NCBI GenBank assembly: GCA_019751815.1
Contig: JAIEMW010000004.1
Coordinates: 41,933 to 105,932, forward strand
Length of the DNA: 64,000 nucleotides
Source of the DNA: Cyanobacteriota bacterium
Lineage (GTDB): Bacteria; Cyanobacteriota; Vampirovibrionia; Vampirovibrionales; Vampirovibrionaceae
Direction of reading: 5' to 3'
The translations under genes were made by a program, and so were the position numbers. The notes beneath the pieces are model-generated. The model did no database searches. It saw only the letters and a program-made list of their open reading frames with translations, and had not been told where the DNA came from. This document shows positions 9,393 through 19,037 of the stretch, piece by piece; the first letter of the stretch is position 1; each line of letters begins with the position of its first letter.

Positions 9393-10649
9393 TTAGGCAA
9401 ACTGATTCAGGCGTTTTTTGGGCGCGTTATTGTTCAAGTAGCGCGCAATTGTCCGCTGGTTGAGCGGATTTTGTTCGATGGCGGCAAAGGCGGCCTCCAC
9501 ATTTTTGAGGGCCCTGGTTTTTTCCATTGGGGTTAAAAAGGCAGCATTAACCCCGTTTCGGGTGAGTTGCTTAATTTCGTCCCACGATGTCACTTGATGA
9601 TGGGCCCACAGTTGGCCCAGTTGCTCTGTGAGTGTGATTTTTGACATCATCCGGTTATCTGTACTCAGGCTCACATTGAGTCCCTTTGAAAGCATCTCTT
9701 TTAAGGGATGATCCCCGTAGCCCTTCACCGCTTGTATTTGGACATTGCTCCAAGGGCACAGTTCAATGGGCAATCTGGCAACCTGGCTATAGGCCAGTAG
9801 TTCAGGGTCCTGCATCAGTTGAATCCCATGTCCAATCCGGTCTGCGCCCAGTGCCAGCGCTTTTTTTATTGAATCGACCCCAGACAATTGATCCGACATG
9901 GGGGTTTCACCGGCATGAACCGTCAATCCCAAACCCTGTGGTTTCCCGTACGTTTGGATATACCTGAGCGCAGCGGCATGTTTATCGACCGAATGCTGCC
10001 CCTCCGAGCCGGCCAAGTCAAAGCCACGAATTAAGGAGCCGGGTTTTCGGGAAAGTTCGACCGCCAAACGTGCTGATTCTAAAGAATCTTCAGGCGTGCC
10101 TGCCCGTTGGGCCAATATAATGAGGCTGCCCAGCATCTCAAAGCCATAATGGACTTTGGCTGCCTGCAGCCCGTCTTTTAATGCTCTCTCCACAGCCGCC
10201 ACAATCGCTTCTGGAGCGCCACCCTTTTTGAGAATACTGGTTCTGACTTCAAGCACGCGGACATTTTCTGCAGCCGCTTCGGCCACAACAGCCCGAGTTG
10301 CCCGGTAAAACTGGTCTGGGGTTTTCACATGGGCAGGGACTTTGTAATAGGTGGTCAAGAAATCATCCAAATCCACAAAGCGGTCACTGACTTTGGCCAC
10401 TTTGCTGACCTCTTTGCGAGAGAGACCGTTCTCTTTCATAAACTGCCGCAGCAATGGCAGCGGGGTAGAGCCGCCCAGATGAAGGTGCAGTTCGGTTTTT
10501 GGGACCGCATTAAAAAGTCGCTGAACCGCCAGAGGGACAGGTTCTTTGAGATCCGCATTGGGATCTCGCTTTCTTCCATGGCGCCCCGAAAAAACCAATA
10601 ATGGCGCAAAAGGCAGTTGAATGGTCTGAAATCCAGCGTTCAAGGGCAC
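9393..10649 (-). CDS. add: Adenosine/adenine deaminase family protein with N-terminal leader
   Basis: PKTELHLHLGGS, GFDLAG, TVHAGE, RIGHG, ELCPWSN, STDN; probable GTG start at 10649. Confidence 0.88.
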   Translation of the reverse strand: MPLNAGFQTIQLPFAPLLVFSGRHGRKRDPNADLKEPVPLAVQRLFNAVPKTELHLHLGGSTPLPLLRQFMKENGLSRKEVSKVAKVSDRFVDLDDFLTTYYKVPAHVKTPDQFYRATRAVVAEAAAENVRVLEVRTSILKKGGAPEAIVAAVERALKDGLQAAKVHYGFEMLGSLIILAQRAGTPEDSLESARLAVELSRKPGSLIRGFDLAGSEGQHSVDKHAAALRYIQTYGKPQGLGLTVHAGETPMSDQLSGVDSIKKALALGADRIGHGIQLMQDPELLAYSQVARLPIELCPWSNVQIQAVKGYGDHPLKEMLSKGLNVSLSTDNRMMSKITLTEQLGQLWAHHQVTSWDEIKQLTRNGVNAAFLTPMEKTRALKNVEAAFAAIEQNPLNQRTIARYLNNNAPKKRLNQFA

Positions 10650-10756
10650 TGTCAGGGCCTCGGTCTTATTTTTAACACACTCGAAACTTTTCTTTGAGAT
10701 TTCCCGCCCCCATATTCTACGACTTCCATCGAAAAACCGGGATATTCTTCCCCGAG

Positions 10757-10774
10757 TTTGTAAACCCTTGTAAC
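10757..10774 (-). promoter_or_regulatory. HLR1-like (OmpR/RpaB-type) direct repeat
   Basis: Minus strand reads GTTACAAG-GG-TTTACAAA, one mismatch to (G/T)TTACA(A/T)(A/T)-N2-(G/T)TTACA(A/T)(A/T); lies in a divergent intergenic region. Confidence 0.4.
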
Positions 10775-10846
10775 AACCCAGCCCACCCCCGTGCAACCAT
10801 GGCCCATGTTCGGTATTAATTACAGGAACTCATTGTGAGAAATGTG

Positions 10847-11986
10847 ATGGGAATTCCTGTGAAGCTTGTTGAAAAAACAGCCCAACTACCTCAGCCAAAA
10901 CTCTCTCAACCCAGATTTGGGTGGGTAGATTCGCTGCACCGAAGCATTGAAAGCGTTGCCCCAGAATGGATGCCTGACTCGAGTTTTAAAACGTTTTTGT
11001 CCCGCAATGCCTACGAAGTCAGTTTTCATTCTCAGTCGCTTGATGTCTTTCAGCCCGGGCCCGCTCATTACATTGGACTGGATCAACTCCGCGGCAAGAA
11101 AGCGCCGGCGCACCTTAGCACGGACTACGGCGGCTTAGCCAAGTGTGAGCTTAGTGAAATCGAAGCTTTCCTCCCAGAGCATAGTATCCCCAAAGACTGT
11201 ACCTGTGTGGGTGAGATCGATCCAAATCCCTTGCCTATTTTTAGAAGCCCCGCTGCCCTAAAACATCTAACCGCCCCTCACCTAAAAGCAAACAAGGGGA
11301 AACCCTTCCAGCATAACCCATTCCAGCACAAGCCTTTTCATAGCGGGAAAAGACCAAATTTTACACCTCAGGACGATAGACCCCAAAACGTCTATGCCTC
11401 CACATTACAGGCCTATCACGAACTTGTAGCGCTGTTGCAACAATCTCGCAGAGCCCTTGCAACAGGCGATTTTCGTCAAAAACGGCAGTACCGAAACGAA
11501 TTGGTAAAGGCCAGTGCCAGGCTCGCCCATTATATTGGGGATCTCTGCCAACCCTTTCACACCCATGATGTGGACTGGAAACTGGCGGATCGAAAATTCC
11601 CCGCGGCGCACATTGCCGCTGACGGCCTCATCATTGATGATAACCAGTTCGACGTAGTCCATCGTTGGGCTTTGGCCGAGACAAGCCGGGCAAAAGAATC
11701 TCATAAAACCAACGGCCGTCTGATAAACCAAGAGAAACGAGAAGAATGGCTGGCCAACCTCTTGAATCAATCCTACCGACAATTCTTCTATTTTGTGCTG
11801 GGGGATAGGCAGGCCCGTCAACTCGCGTCTTCCCAGCCTGGAACCCCTTATTGGCAGCACTTACAAAGCCTCTGGAAGCCTTTAATCCTGACACAGCTGA
11901 CAACAGCGACAGAAGCGATGGCGACATTGTTGGAAAGCGCCTATCAAGCAGCAGGAAAACCAGATTTGACTGGTTTCTTGCAGTAG
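10847..11986 (+). CDS. Zn-dependent phospholipase C / S1-P1 nuclease family protein with leader peptide
   Basis: W-x4-H (WVDSLH), HYIGLD, AHYIGDLCQPFH and AAHIAAD match the trinuclear-Zn ligand pattern. Confidence 0.8.
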   Translation: MGIPVKLVEKTAQLPQPKLSQPRFGWVDSLHRSIESVAPEWMPDSSFKTFLSRNAYEVSFHSQSLDVFQPGPAHYIGLDQLRGKKAPAHLSTDYGGLAKCELSEIEAFLPEHSIPKDCTCVGEIDPNPLPIFRSPAALKHLTAPHLKANKGKPFQHNPFQHKPFHSGKRPNFTPQDDRPQNVYASTLQAYHELVALLQQSRRALATGDFRQKRQYRNELVKASARLAHYIGDLCQPFHTHDVDWKLADRKFPAAHIAADGLIIDDNQFDVVHRWALAETSRAKESHKTNGRLINQEKREEWLANLLNQSYRQFFYFVLGDRQARQLASSQPGTPYWQHLQSLWKPLILTQLTTATEAMATLLESAYQAAGKPDLTGFLQ

Positions 11987-11999
11987 ACTGACTGAATCG

Positions 12000-12956
12000 C
12001 TAATGGGCGACTTTGGCGGGCACGGCTTCGTGGGCTTCGAGATATTTTTCTGCATCAATGGCGGCCATACATCCGCTGCCAGCAGCCGTAACGGCTTGCC
12101 GGTAACGTACATCTTGAACATCACCACAGGCGAACACCCCCTCAATGTTAGTATGGGTGGTTCCTGGTTGAACCAAAATATAGCCCGCTTCATTTAAGTC
12201 GAGTTGACCTTGGACAATGTTGGTATTGGGCTGGTGACCAATGGCAATAAACACCCCTTGTGTTGGGTATTCACTCACCACACCAGACACCGTATCTTTT
12301 AGACGAACGGCTGTAACACCGGTTTCAACAGTCCCTAAAATATCTTCGATAGCAGCATTCCAGACAAACTGAATTTTGGGATTGGCCTTGGCACGGTCCT
12401 GCATGATTTTACTGGCTCTGAGCTGATCTCGGCGGTGCACCAGGGTGACTTTATCGCAGAAACGGGTTAAGAAGTTGGCCTCTTCAACCGCGGTATCCCC
12501 GCCACCAACCACCACCACTTCTTTTCCTCTAAAAAAGAATCCATCACACGTGGCACAGGCAGAAACCCCGTGGCCCATCAGACGGGTTTCTGATTCTAAA
12601 CCGAGCAATTTTGCCGAAGCGCCTGTGGAAATAATCACCGTTTCGGCCAAGACTGTCTGCTCATCCGTCTGAACCCGGAAAGGGCGGACAGAGAAATCAA
12701 CAGCCGTCACATAGTCTGAGACCAGTTCTGTACCAAAACGTGCGGCTTGAGCCTTAAATTTCTCCATTAATTCTGGCCCCATAATTCCCTCGGGAAATCC
12801 AGGATAATTTTCCACATCCGTCGTAATGGTTAATTGCCCACCTGGCTGGAGTCCCTCAAAAAGAATGGGTTTAAGATTGGCGCGAGCAGCGTAAATAGCT
12901 GCGGTATAACCCGCTGGTCCTGACCCAATAATGACGACTTTATAGACGTCCGACAT
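12000..12956 (-). CDS. trxB: Thioredoxin-disulfide reductase
   Basis: [43 protein letters not shown]. Confidence 0.98.
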   Translation of the reverse strand: MSDVYKVVIIGSGPAGYTAAIYAARANLKPILFEGLQPGGQLTITTDVENYPGFPEGIMGPELMEKFKAQAARFGTELVSDYVTAVDFSVRPFRVQTDEQTVLAETVIISTGASAKLLGLESETRLMGHGVSACATCDGFFFRGKEVVVVGGGDTAVEEANFLTRFCDKVTLVHRRDQLRASKIMQDRAKANPKIQFVWNAAIEDILGTVETGVTAVRLKDTVSGVVSEYPTQGVFIAIGHQPNTNIVQGQLDLNEAGYILVQPGTTHTNIEGVFACGDVQDVRYRQAVTAAGSGCMAAIDAEKYLEAHEAVPAKVAH

Positions 12957-13215
12957 GGCTAACTCCTGTGTAAGGATGGTGACAGAATTACATTGGCGTT
13001 GGCCATTCTAGCGAAAATGGTTTTAAATGGCAAAGAATCTAATGGTAAGACAAGAAATATTAAGAGATGTACAAACCCACGTTTAAGCAATTCCACATGA
13101 TGGCATAACACCTTCAGTTGAAGTATGGAGTGAGGCCTTTTTCTAGCATCTAGAGAAAAGCATCTCATTCTGATGATTCATGTTGTGTGTGTGTTGGTAA
13201 GCTAGGAGTGTGTGA

Positions 13216-13452
13216 ATGAAAAAATTACATGATCTCGGATTACGTTTGGCTGCAAAGTCTTCTGTATTAACGCATCAGTGGACAAACAAAAAAGTAAAAG
13301 GCCAAGGGGTGATTGAATATGCCGGCGCCTTGGTGATTGCCGCTGTGCTTGTTGCTGCCGTCCTTGCTGTAGGACCTGCGGGTATTACCAATATTTTTAA
13401 CACCATTATGACCAGTGTCCAAACCTTCTTTACGGGTCGTCTCCCGACATAA
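13216..13452 (+). CDS. flp: Flp-type (type IVc) major pilin
   Basis: Class III signal KKVKG|QGVIEY followed by a hydrophobic helix; short; first gene of the Tad cluster; AGGAG RBS. Confidence 0.88.
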   Translation: MKKLHDLGLRLAAKSSVLTHQWTNKKVKGQGVIEYAGALVIAAVLVAAVLAVGPAGITNIFNTIMTSVQTFFTGRLPT

Positions 13453-13549
13453 ATAAGCACTTTAAAAAACGAACGATCGTACTCATATTCGACGTACTGG
13501 CATGCAACCGCATGTCTGGAAACAATTTCTTGCGATAGGTTAGAAGCTA

Positions 13550-14011
13550 ATGAAAAAAATCTTGAGAAAACGACATCAAGGCCAGGCCATTTTTGAATTA
13601 ATCCTCGGGATTATCATGTTTGTGCTGATGTCGGGTGCCATCATCAGTATTAGTACCTATTTATTTGTCCAACATGCGGTTGTCAGTGCGGTCAGAGAAG
13701 GGGCTCGATCTGCATCATTTAACAGTGATTTAGCCAGTAGTAACCCTCAAACAGGGATAGATGCGGTCAGAATTGCAGTGCAAAATTTTATGACACAGAC
13801 CACAGGGATTAATCTCACCACAGGGATGATTACGGTCATTCCTCCGGATCCTGCGGGAACATTTGGCCAACGATCGGTCAGTGTCACGATACGTTATCCA
13901 ATGCCTAACCCCCTCCCCATTGGGGCCTTTATGAGTGCACTGGGTGCAAACGGAACCCCATTCAATCAGTTTAATGTTGTGGCAAGAGCCGTGATGCGCT
14001 ACGAAGAATGA
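13550..14011 (+). CDS. tadE: TadE-like minor pilin
   Basis: RHQG|QAIFE prepilin site, TM helix, AVREGAR motif. Confidence 0.88.
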   Translation: MKKILRKRHQGQAIFELILGIIMFVLMSGAIISISTYLFVQHAVVSAVREGARSASFNSDLASSNPQTGIDAVRIAVQNFMTQTTGINLTTGMITVIPPDPAGTFGQRSVSVTIRYPMPNPLPIGAFMSALGANGTPFNQFNVVARAVMRYEE

Positions 14012-14240
14012 AAATAAAGAGAATAAAAAATCAAATTAAAAAATAGAGCGAGAAAAAACCTTACATGAACAAAGATGAAGCAAAATAAGCCTTCTTTAAC
14101 CTCGGTCCAGCAGTGTGTGTTAAGCTAGTAAATGGCTGAATGCCACTCCCTAAAGGAGTATTTCTGACAATCCACCAAGCGAATATTTGTTGAGCCAGTA
14201 AAAGTTGAGTTAGTGTTGTAACGATTAGGATTCTTGATTA

Positions 14241-15353
14241 ATGGGCCCACTTCCACTAAAAACGGGGCACCTGTTCTTGCTAGGCGCGTTTATTATGGCC
14301 ATTATCACAGGTTCTGTTCTATTGAACCTGTCCAAAAGCAAAACTCAGGATCAGACCACTAAACCGCCCAGCAAGACAACTGCCATTGTTGTTGCTGCTC
14401 AGTCCGTTTCGACAGGGACCTTACTGAGCACTGAGCATCTTCGTTACATGGAATGGCCTATTGAACTCCTGCCAAAGGGACACTATTTTACGTCTTTGGG
14501 AGAACTCTCGGGCAGGGTGGCTAAAACACCTTTTCTGGCAGGTGAGCCCATTGTGGCGGAGAAAATTTCAGGCAACCGATCTCAGGGAGGTCTGCAAGTC
14601 CTCATCCCGCCTGGGATGAGGGCGGTGTCGGTTAAAGTAGATGAAGTGAAAGCTGTCGCTGGTTTTGTAAAGCCAGGAGACCGTGTTGATGTATTGGCGG
14701 TGTTTGATGTGGATGTCGATAAGGCCAGCGGAGAAGACCAGGTGAAAGAGAGAGTCAATGTAGTCCGAACCGTGATCCAAAATGCCTTGGTGGTTGCAGC
14801 AGCCCAGAGTATGGTTCGTAATTTTGAGTCTGACTCTTCAGGAAGAGAAACCATGCAAAAACCCGGTATGAATTCTTTTGATTCTGATAACCTAGGCCCG
14901 CATCCCAAGCAGCGCCTTAATGAAATGGACGGGGTTAATGCCCCGCAATCTGGCAGTAATATTTCTGAGGTCCCTGCTGCGCCTGAACCAAAAAAATCTG
15001 CAGAAGATATGGCCAGAGACCGCCGAGAGGCAATGAAAGATCAAGAAGATCGAGATCGAAAAGCTCGGCAAATCTCTTCTGTCACTCTGGCACTCACTCC
15101 TGAACAAGTTGAAGCCTTAACATTGGCAGAAGAAACAGGCCATATTCGCTTGGTGCTTAGAAATGAGAATGACGCGATTCAGCAACCAACAAAAGGAATC
15201 TCAAGTCCCGAACTCATACTCAAAAACATTGGTCCCCTCAATTACAGCTGGAACAAGCTCACACAAGGGAAAAAATTGAGTTCAAGTAATCGCTATGTGG
15301 GGCCCCAGGTGGAATTTGTGCAAGGCAGCAACCGTAATTTTGTGAATTTTTGA
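14241..15353 (+). CDS. cpaB: Flp pilus assembly protein CpaB/RcpC
   Basis: N-terminal TM, SAF domain, GMRAVSVKVDEVKAVAGFVKPGDRVDV, VTLALTPEQ...IRLVLR. Confidence 0.93.
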   Translation: MGPLPLKTGHLFLLGAFIMAIITGSVLLNLSKSKTQDQTTKPPSKTTAIVVAAQSVSTGTLLSTEHLRYMEWPIELLPKGHYFTSLGELSGRVAKTPFLAGEPIVAEKISGNRSQGGLQVLIPPGMRAVSVKVDEVKAVAGFVKPGDRVDVLAVFDVDVDKASGEDQVKERVNVVRTVIQNALVVAAAQSMVRNFESDSSGRETMQKPGMNSFDSDNLGPHPKQRLNEMDGVNAPQSGSNISEVPAAPEPKKSAEDMARDRREAMKDQEDRDRKARQISSVTLALTPEQVEALTLAEETGHIRLVLRNENDAIQQPTKGISSPELILKNIGPLNYSWNKLTQGKKLSSSNRYVGPQVEFVQGSNRNFVNF

Positions 15354-15382
15354 TCTGCGCCAACCCAGACAAAGGACACGAC

Positions 15383-17638
15383 ATGTTTCAGATATTCAAT
15401 TCATTCAATAAACGCTCTCTAAAAACAGGTATTGCGAGCACACTGTGTATCGCGTTGATTCAACATATCTGTCTGGCTGCTAGCTCTGTCAATTCTATTC
15501 CAACGGGTGTGGTTTCTTTTGCTAATGCCAACACTGTGGATGCGATGCTGAAAAAAAGTAGCGGCCCTCTTCATGCAAAATCGGATTTAATTCAGTCTCA
15601 TTTGGCAATGCAGCTAGCCTTAAGCACTGTAAAAAAGCAGCATCTGAGTGATTTAGTGACTAACAATTCTCAACAAATGCCAGTGAAGAATACAAACTCT
15701 GCGAAAAAACTCGTTAAAAGTATACCCAGTGCCTCTTCTAGTGTGCTGGCATTAAACACCAGTAGTTCTGTGGTGATCAAAACCAGTATTTCAAAAACAT
15801 TGGATACGATTGATGTTCCCGTGGGGAAAGCCAGTATTATTACGCTAAAGCGTCCGGCAGCCCGTGTCACAATTAGCGACCCCAATATTGCCAGTGCGCT
15901 TATTTTATCGCCAACACAAATTCAAATTGTTGGCAGCAAAGTGGGTGTTGCCAATCTCGTCCTCTGGGAAAATATTGGCAACAGTCACTATTCGATGATT
16001 GATCTCAATATTCACCGAGATGTGTCTAACTTAACACGCCAGTTAAAACAATTAGACCCCAGGCTGAATGTAGAACCTATCGCTGCCAATGATACGGTGA
16101 TTTTATCAGGCGATGCCGAATCGATGGAATCTCGTCAAATGGCTGTCGATTTGGCAAGAAGTTACTTCCAAGGCAGTGATAGTGGCGGCGCTTCTTCACC
16201 CTCTTCTCAAGGTGCTTCCGGCAATAATTCGGGTGGAAATTCAGCTTCTTCTGGTAGTTCTGGTTCCAGTAACTCTTCTAGCAGTGGCGCCAGTTCAGGC
16301 TCTTCATCATCTTCTGGGGGGAGCAGTGGCGCTCAAACTAGCAGTGGCTCTACTGGGACATCACGGGGTCTGCAAGGGAATAACAGTTTTTCTCCCGGCT
16401 CCTCTATGCCGGGTTCTGTTCCTAAAATTATTAATTTGATTCGAGTGCCCGGTATTCCCTCTACCAAAGCTGCACTGGTTCAACAGAAGTTACTCGCCAT
16501 CGATCCCAACATCAAGATGGATGTTATTCCAGGGGCAGATGGGGTCGAAAAAGTGATCTTAACCGGACGCGTCAAGAATTCTTCGACGATTTCCAAAGCA
16601 ATTAATACAGCCAGTATTTTTTACGGCACACCGGGAATCAAGGTTTTAACTGGTCCTGGCGGAAACGGCGTCCGTTCTTCTGGAAGTGCTGATTTTCAAG
16701 ATGATAAGAAATTCAGTGATAATGTTGATATTAATATTTTGCAAGGGTCCGTCATCGCAGACTCTTCTGGCAATGTGATCAGCATGATGCAGGTGGCGTA
16801 TCGTCCTCAGATCCGGTGCAAAATTAAATTTTTAGATATCTCTCGAGTGGCCCTAAATCAGATTGGCCACAATTTAATCGCCAATTTTAATGATGTTCAA
16901 TTAGGAACATTTAACGGCAGTCAATCCCCTGCGACCGGAAAAAGTATCGCCTCATTCGATCCCAAGAATACAGGACAAGTCATTTCTAATGCCATTACCC
17001 GCTCTAACAGTGGAACCAGTACGCAGAGTAGGTCACAAACCTTCTCGATCAATCCCGTTTATGGGGACGGTGTGACACAGTTTATCAGTGTCAATCAAAG
17101 ACTGGGCGCGGTGATTAGCGCTTTAACAGAAAAACGCAAAGCGAGATCTCTAGCCGAACCCACGCTCACATTGCTGAGTGGTGAAAAGGCGAGTTTTCTG
17201 GCCGGCGGAGAAGTGCCTGTGCCTGTTCTTGGCTCTAATGGTCAAATTAATGTGCAGTATAAAGAATTTGGTATTCGGTTAAATATTATTGCGACCATTA
17301 CTGAAGATGAAAAAATTCATCTTCAGGTCTCCCCCGAGATTAGTGAGCGTGACGATAATAATTCGATTACCACCAATATTGTGACTGTTCCTGGTTTTAG
17401 GACCCGTCGACTCCAAAGCACGTTGGAGCTTAGAACCGGTGAAAGCTTTGTGATGGGCGGGCTATTCAGTCAAGTCGATCAAGAAAATTTTAGTGGCTTT
17501 CCCGGGCTAGGAACATTACCAGTGATTGGTAGTTTTTTTAGAAATAAAAATAGCAATAAAACTGACAGTGAGATGATTGTGATTGTGCAACCTGAAGTGA
17601 TGATGGTAGAAAACGATCTGCTTCCAGTAACAAAATAA
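15383..17638 (+). CDS. cpaC: Tad secretin CpaC/RcpA
   Basis: Pilus-formation N domain, BON-like segments, secretin core LAEPTLTLLSGEKASFLAGGEVP, YKEFGIRL, PGLGTLPVIGSFF; ATG 15383 with AAAGGA RBS. Confidence 0.93.
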   Translation: MFQIFNSFNKRSLKTGIASTLCIALIQHICLAASSVNSIPTGVVSFANANTVDAMLKKSSGPLHAKSDLIQSHLAMQLALSTVKKQHLSDLVTNNSQQMPVKNTNSAKKLVKSIPSASSSVLALNTSSSVVIKTSISKTLDTIDVPVGKASIITLKRPAARVTISDPNIASALILSPTQIQIVGSKVGVANLVLWENIGNSHYSMIDLNIHRDVSNLTRQLKQLDPRLNVEPIAANDTVILSGDAESMESRQMAVDLARSYFQGSDSGGASSPSSQGASGNNSGGNSASSGSSGSSNSSSSGASSGSSSSSGGSSGAQTSSGSTGTSRGLQGNNSFSPGSSMPGSVPKIINLIRVPGIPSTKAALVQQKLLAIDPNIKMDVIPGADGVEKVILTGRVKNSSTISKAINTASIFYGTPGIKVLTGPGGNGVRSSGSADFQDDKKFSDNVDINILQGSVIADSSGNVISMMQVAYRPQIRCKIKFLDISRVALNQIGHNLIANFNDVQLGTFNGSQSPATGKSIASFDPKNTGQVISNAITRSNSGTSTQSRSQTFSINPVYGDGVTQFISVNQRLGAVISALTEKRKARSLAEPTLTLLSGEKASFLAGGEVPVPVLGSNGQINVQYKEFGIRLNIIATITEDEKIHLQVSPEISERDDNNSITTNIVTVPGFRTRRLQSTLELRTGESFVMGGLFSQVDQENFSGFPGLGTLPVIGSFFRNKNSNKTDSEMIVIVQPEVMMVENDLLPVTK

Positions 17639-17696
17639 GTTCTATTTCCCTCAATAAATCCAAATAAAAAAGCGTTGAATGGAGTGTGTGGCCAGT

Positions 17697-19037
17697 ATGT
17701 CTAAGCATAACGGGATAACTGCAATTGCAGTCGCGAGTTCTACAGAAGTGAGAACAGCACTTTATGAACAATTATCCAGTCTGGAAATGATCCAGTTGGG
17801 CGGTGTTTATCTAGAGCTCTCAGAGTGTGTCCGGATCTTGCGAGAACGGCATATTGAGTCTCAGCCCGATGTATTGATTATTGATTTTACCGGGCGGGAA
17901 TTAGATGCTTGTTTGATGGTTCAGGCACTAATGCTGGAGTATCCGCATCAGTTGACAGTGATTGCCTTACACCGTCAAGTAGAACAAGAAATGATCCTGA
18001 CGATGATACGCAGTGGTGTGAAAGATGTGATTCATTACCCCTTGGAGAAGGATAAACTAGAGCATGCATTATTGCGTCACAAAGAATGGTTAGAACGCTA
18101 CCATCAGCATCAAGCGGAACAACTCAAAAAACAAAGTCAATTGATTGAGCAAAACAATCAAGATACACAGAACCGGATTATTACTGTTTTCTCGAGCAAA
18201 GGAGGTGCAGGATCTACAACCATAGCGGTCAATTTGGCGTACGAGTTATCCCAACTGGAAAAACAATCGGTTCTGTTACTCGATATGGATCAGGTTTTTT
18301 GCAATGCGGCCTCTTTAATGAATGCAAAACCAGCTTACTCTCTGGGAGAACTTGCCGGTACCCCGCTAGAAGATTTAGATGACAGTCTGTTTGAACGCAT
18401 TATCTACGAGCAGGATTCTGGTGTAGATCTGATTGCCGGCTGTAAACACGTGTTGGAATCCCACGATTTAATTTCTCTAGAGCTTTTAGAAAAATTATTA
18501 CGCTATCTACAATCACGTTATCAAACGATTGTGATTGATTTACCCACCCATGTATTGGATCCCTATCATCAATTTTTAGTGGATGCGGCTACAGAGGTAT
18601 TATTGGTCTCCAGTTTGGATATTCCTGGACTTTACCGGACAAAGCAATATCTCGATCTTGCGCGTCAACATGTTCCCGTTGAAAAGATTAAACTCGTGCT
18701 GAACCGCTGGGAGCTTAAAGCGGCCTACGGCATGAGCAACCAAGCTCTCGAACAAGAATTTGGTTATCCGGTTTTTGCGAGAGTATCGAATGACTGGGAT
18801 CTCAATGTTGAGGCCAACAGTATGGGTTCATTTTTTTCAAAGCTCAAGCCTCAGTCGCCTCTCACAAAATCCATACGGCAATTGGCAAGCCAACTTCAAC
18901 AAGCCACGAATACCCCAGAGCCTGAAAGAGTGGGTTCAACACATAAGGGCTTTCTTACACTGCTGTTTGGGGGTAAACTAAAGAATAAAGAACAAAATCT
19001 GAAGGATGCTCCGTCTAATGTCATTCAGCAAGCATAA
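17697..19037 (+). CDS. cpaE: CpaE/TadZ (receiver-like domain + MinD-like ATPase)
   Basis: N-terminal REC-like domain, SSKGGAGSTTIAVNLA, IVIDLP, LVLNR; position in the Tad cluster. Confidence 0.9.
   Translation: MSKHNGITAIAVASSTEVRTALYEQLSSLEMIQLGGVYLELSECVRILRERHIESQPDVLIIDFTGRELDACLMVQALMLEYPHQLTVIALHRQVEQEMILTMIRSGVKDVIHYPLEKDKLEHALLRHKEWLERYHQHQAEQLKKQSQLIEQNNQDTQNRIITVFSSKGGAGSTTIAVNLAYELSQLEKQSVLLLDMDQVFCNAASLMNAKPAYSLGELAGTPLEDLDDSLFERIIYEQDSGVDLIAGCKHVLESHDLISLELLEKLLRYLQSRYQTIVIDLPTHVLDPYHQFLVDAATEVLLVSSLDIPGLYRTKQYLDLARQHVPVEKIKLVLNRWELKAAYGMSNQALEQEFGYPVFARVSNDWDLNVEANSMGSFFSKLKPQSPLTKSIRQLASQLQQATNTPEPERVGSTHKGFLTLLFGGKLKNKEQNLKDAPSNVIQQA

Noticed and set aside
10650..10796. Extra N-terminal 49 aa of the deaminase in the ORF track
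   Set aside because: Runs through the divergent promoter region; a later GTG start is more plausible.
18185..18235. Deviant Walker A (KGGAGST) in CpaE as a sign of decay
   Set aside because: An atypical Walker A is normal for TadZ/CpaE.
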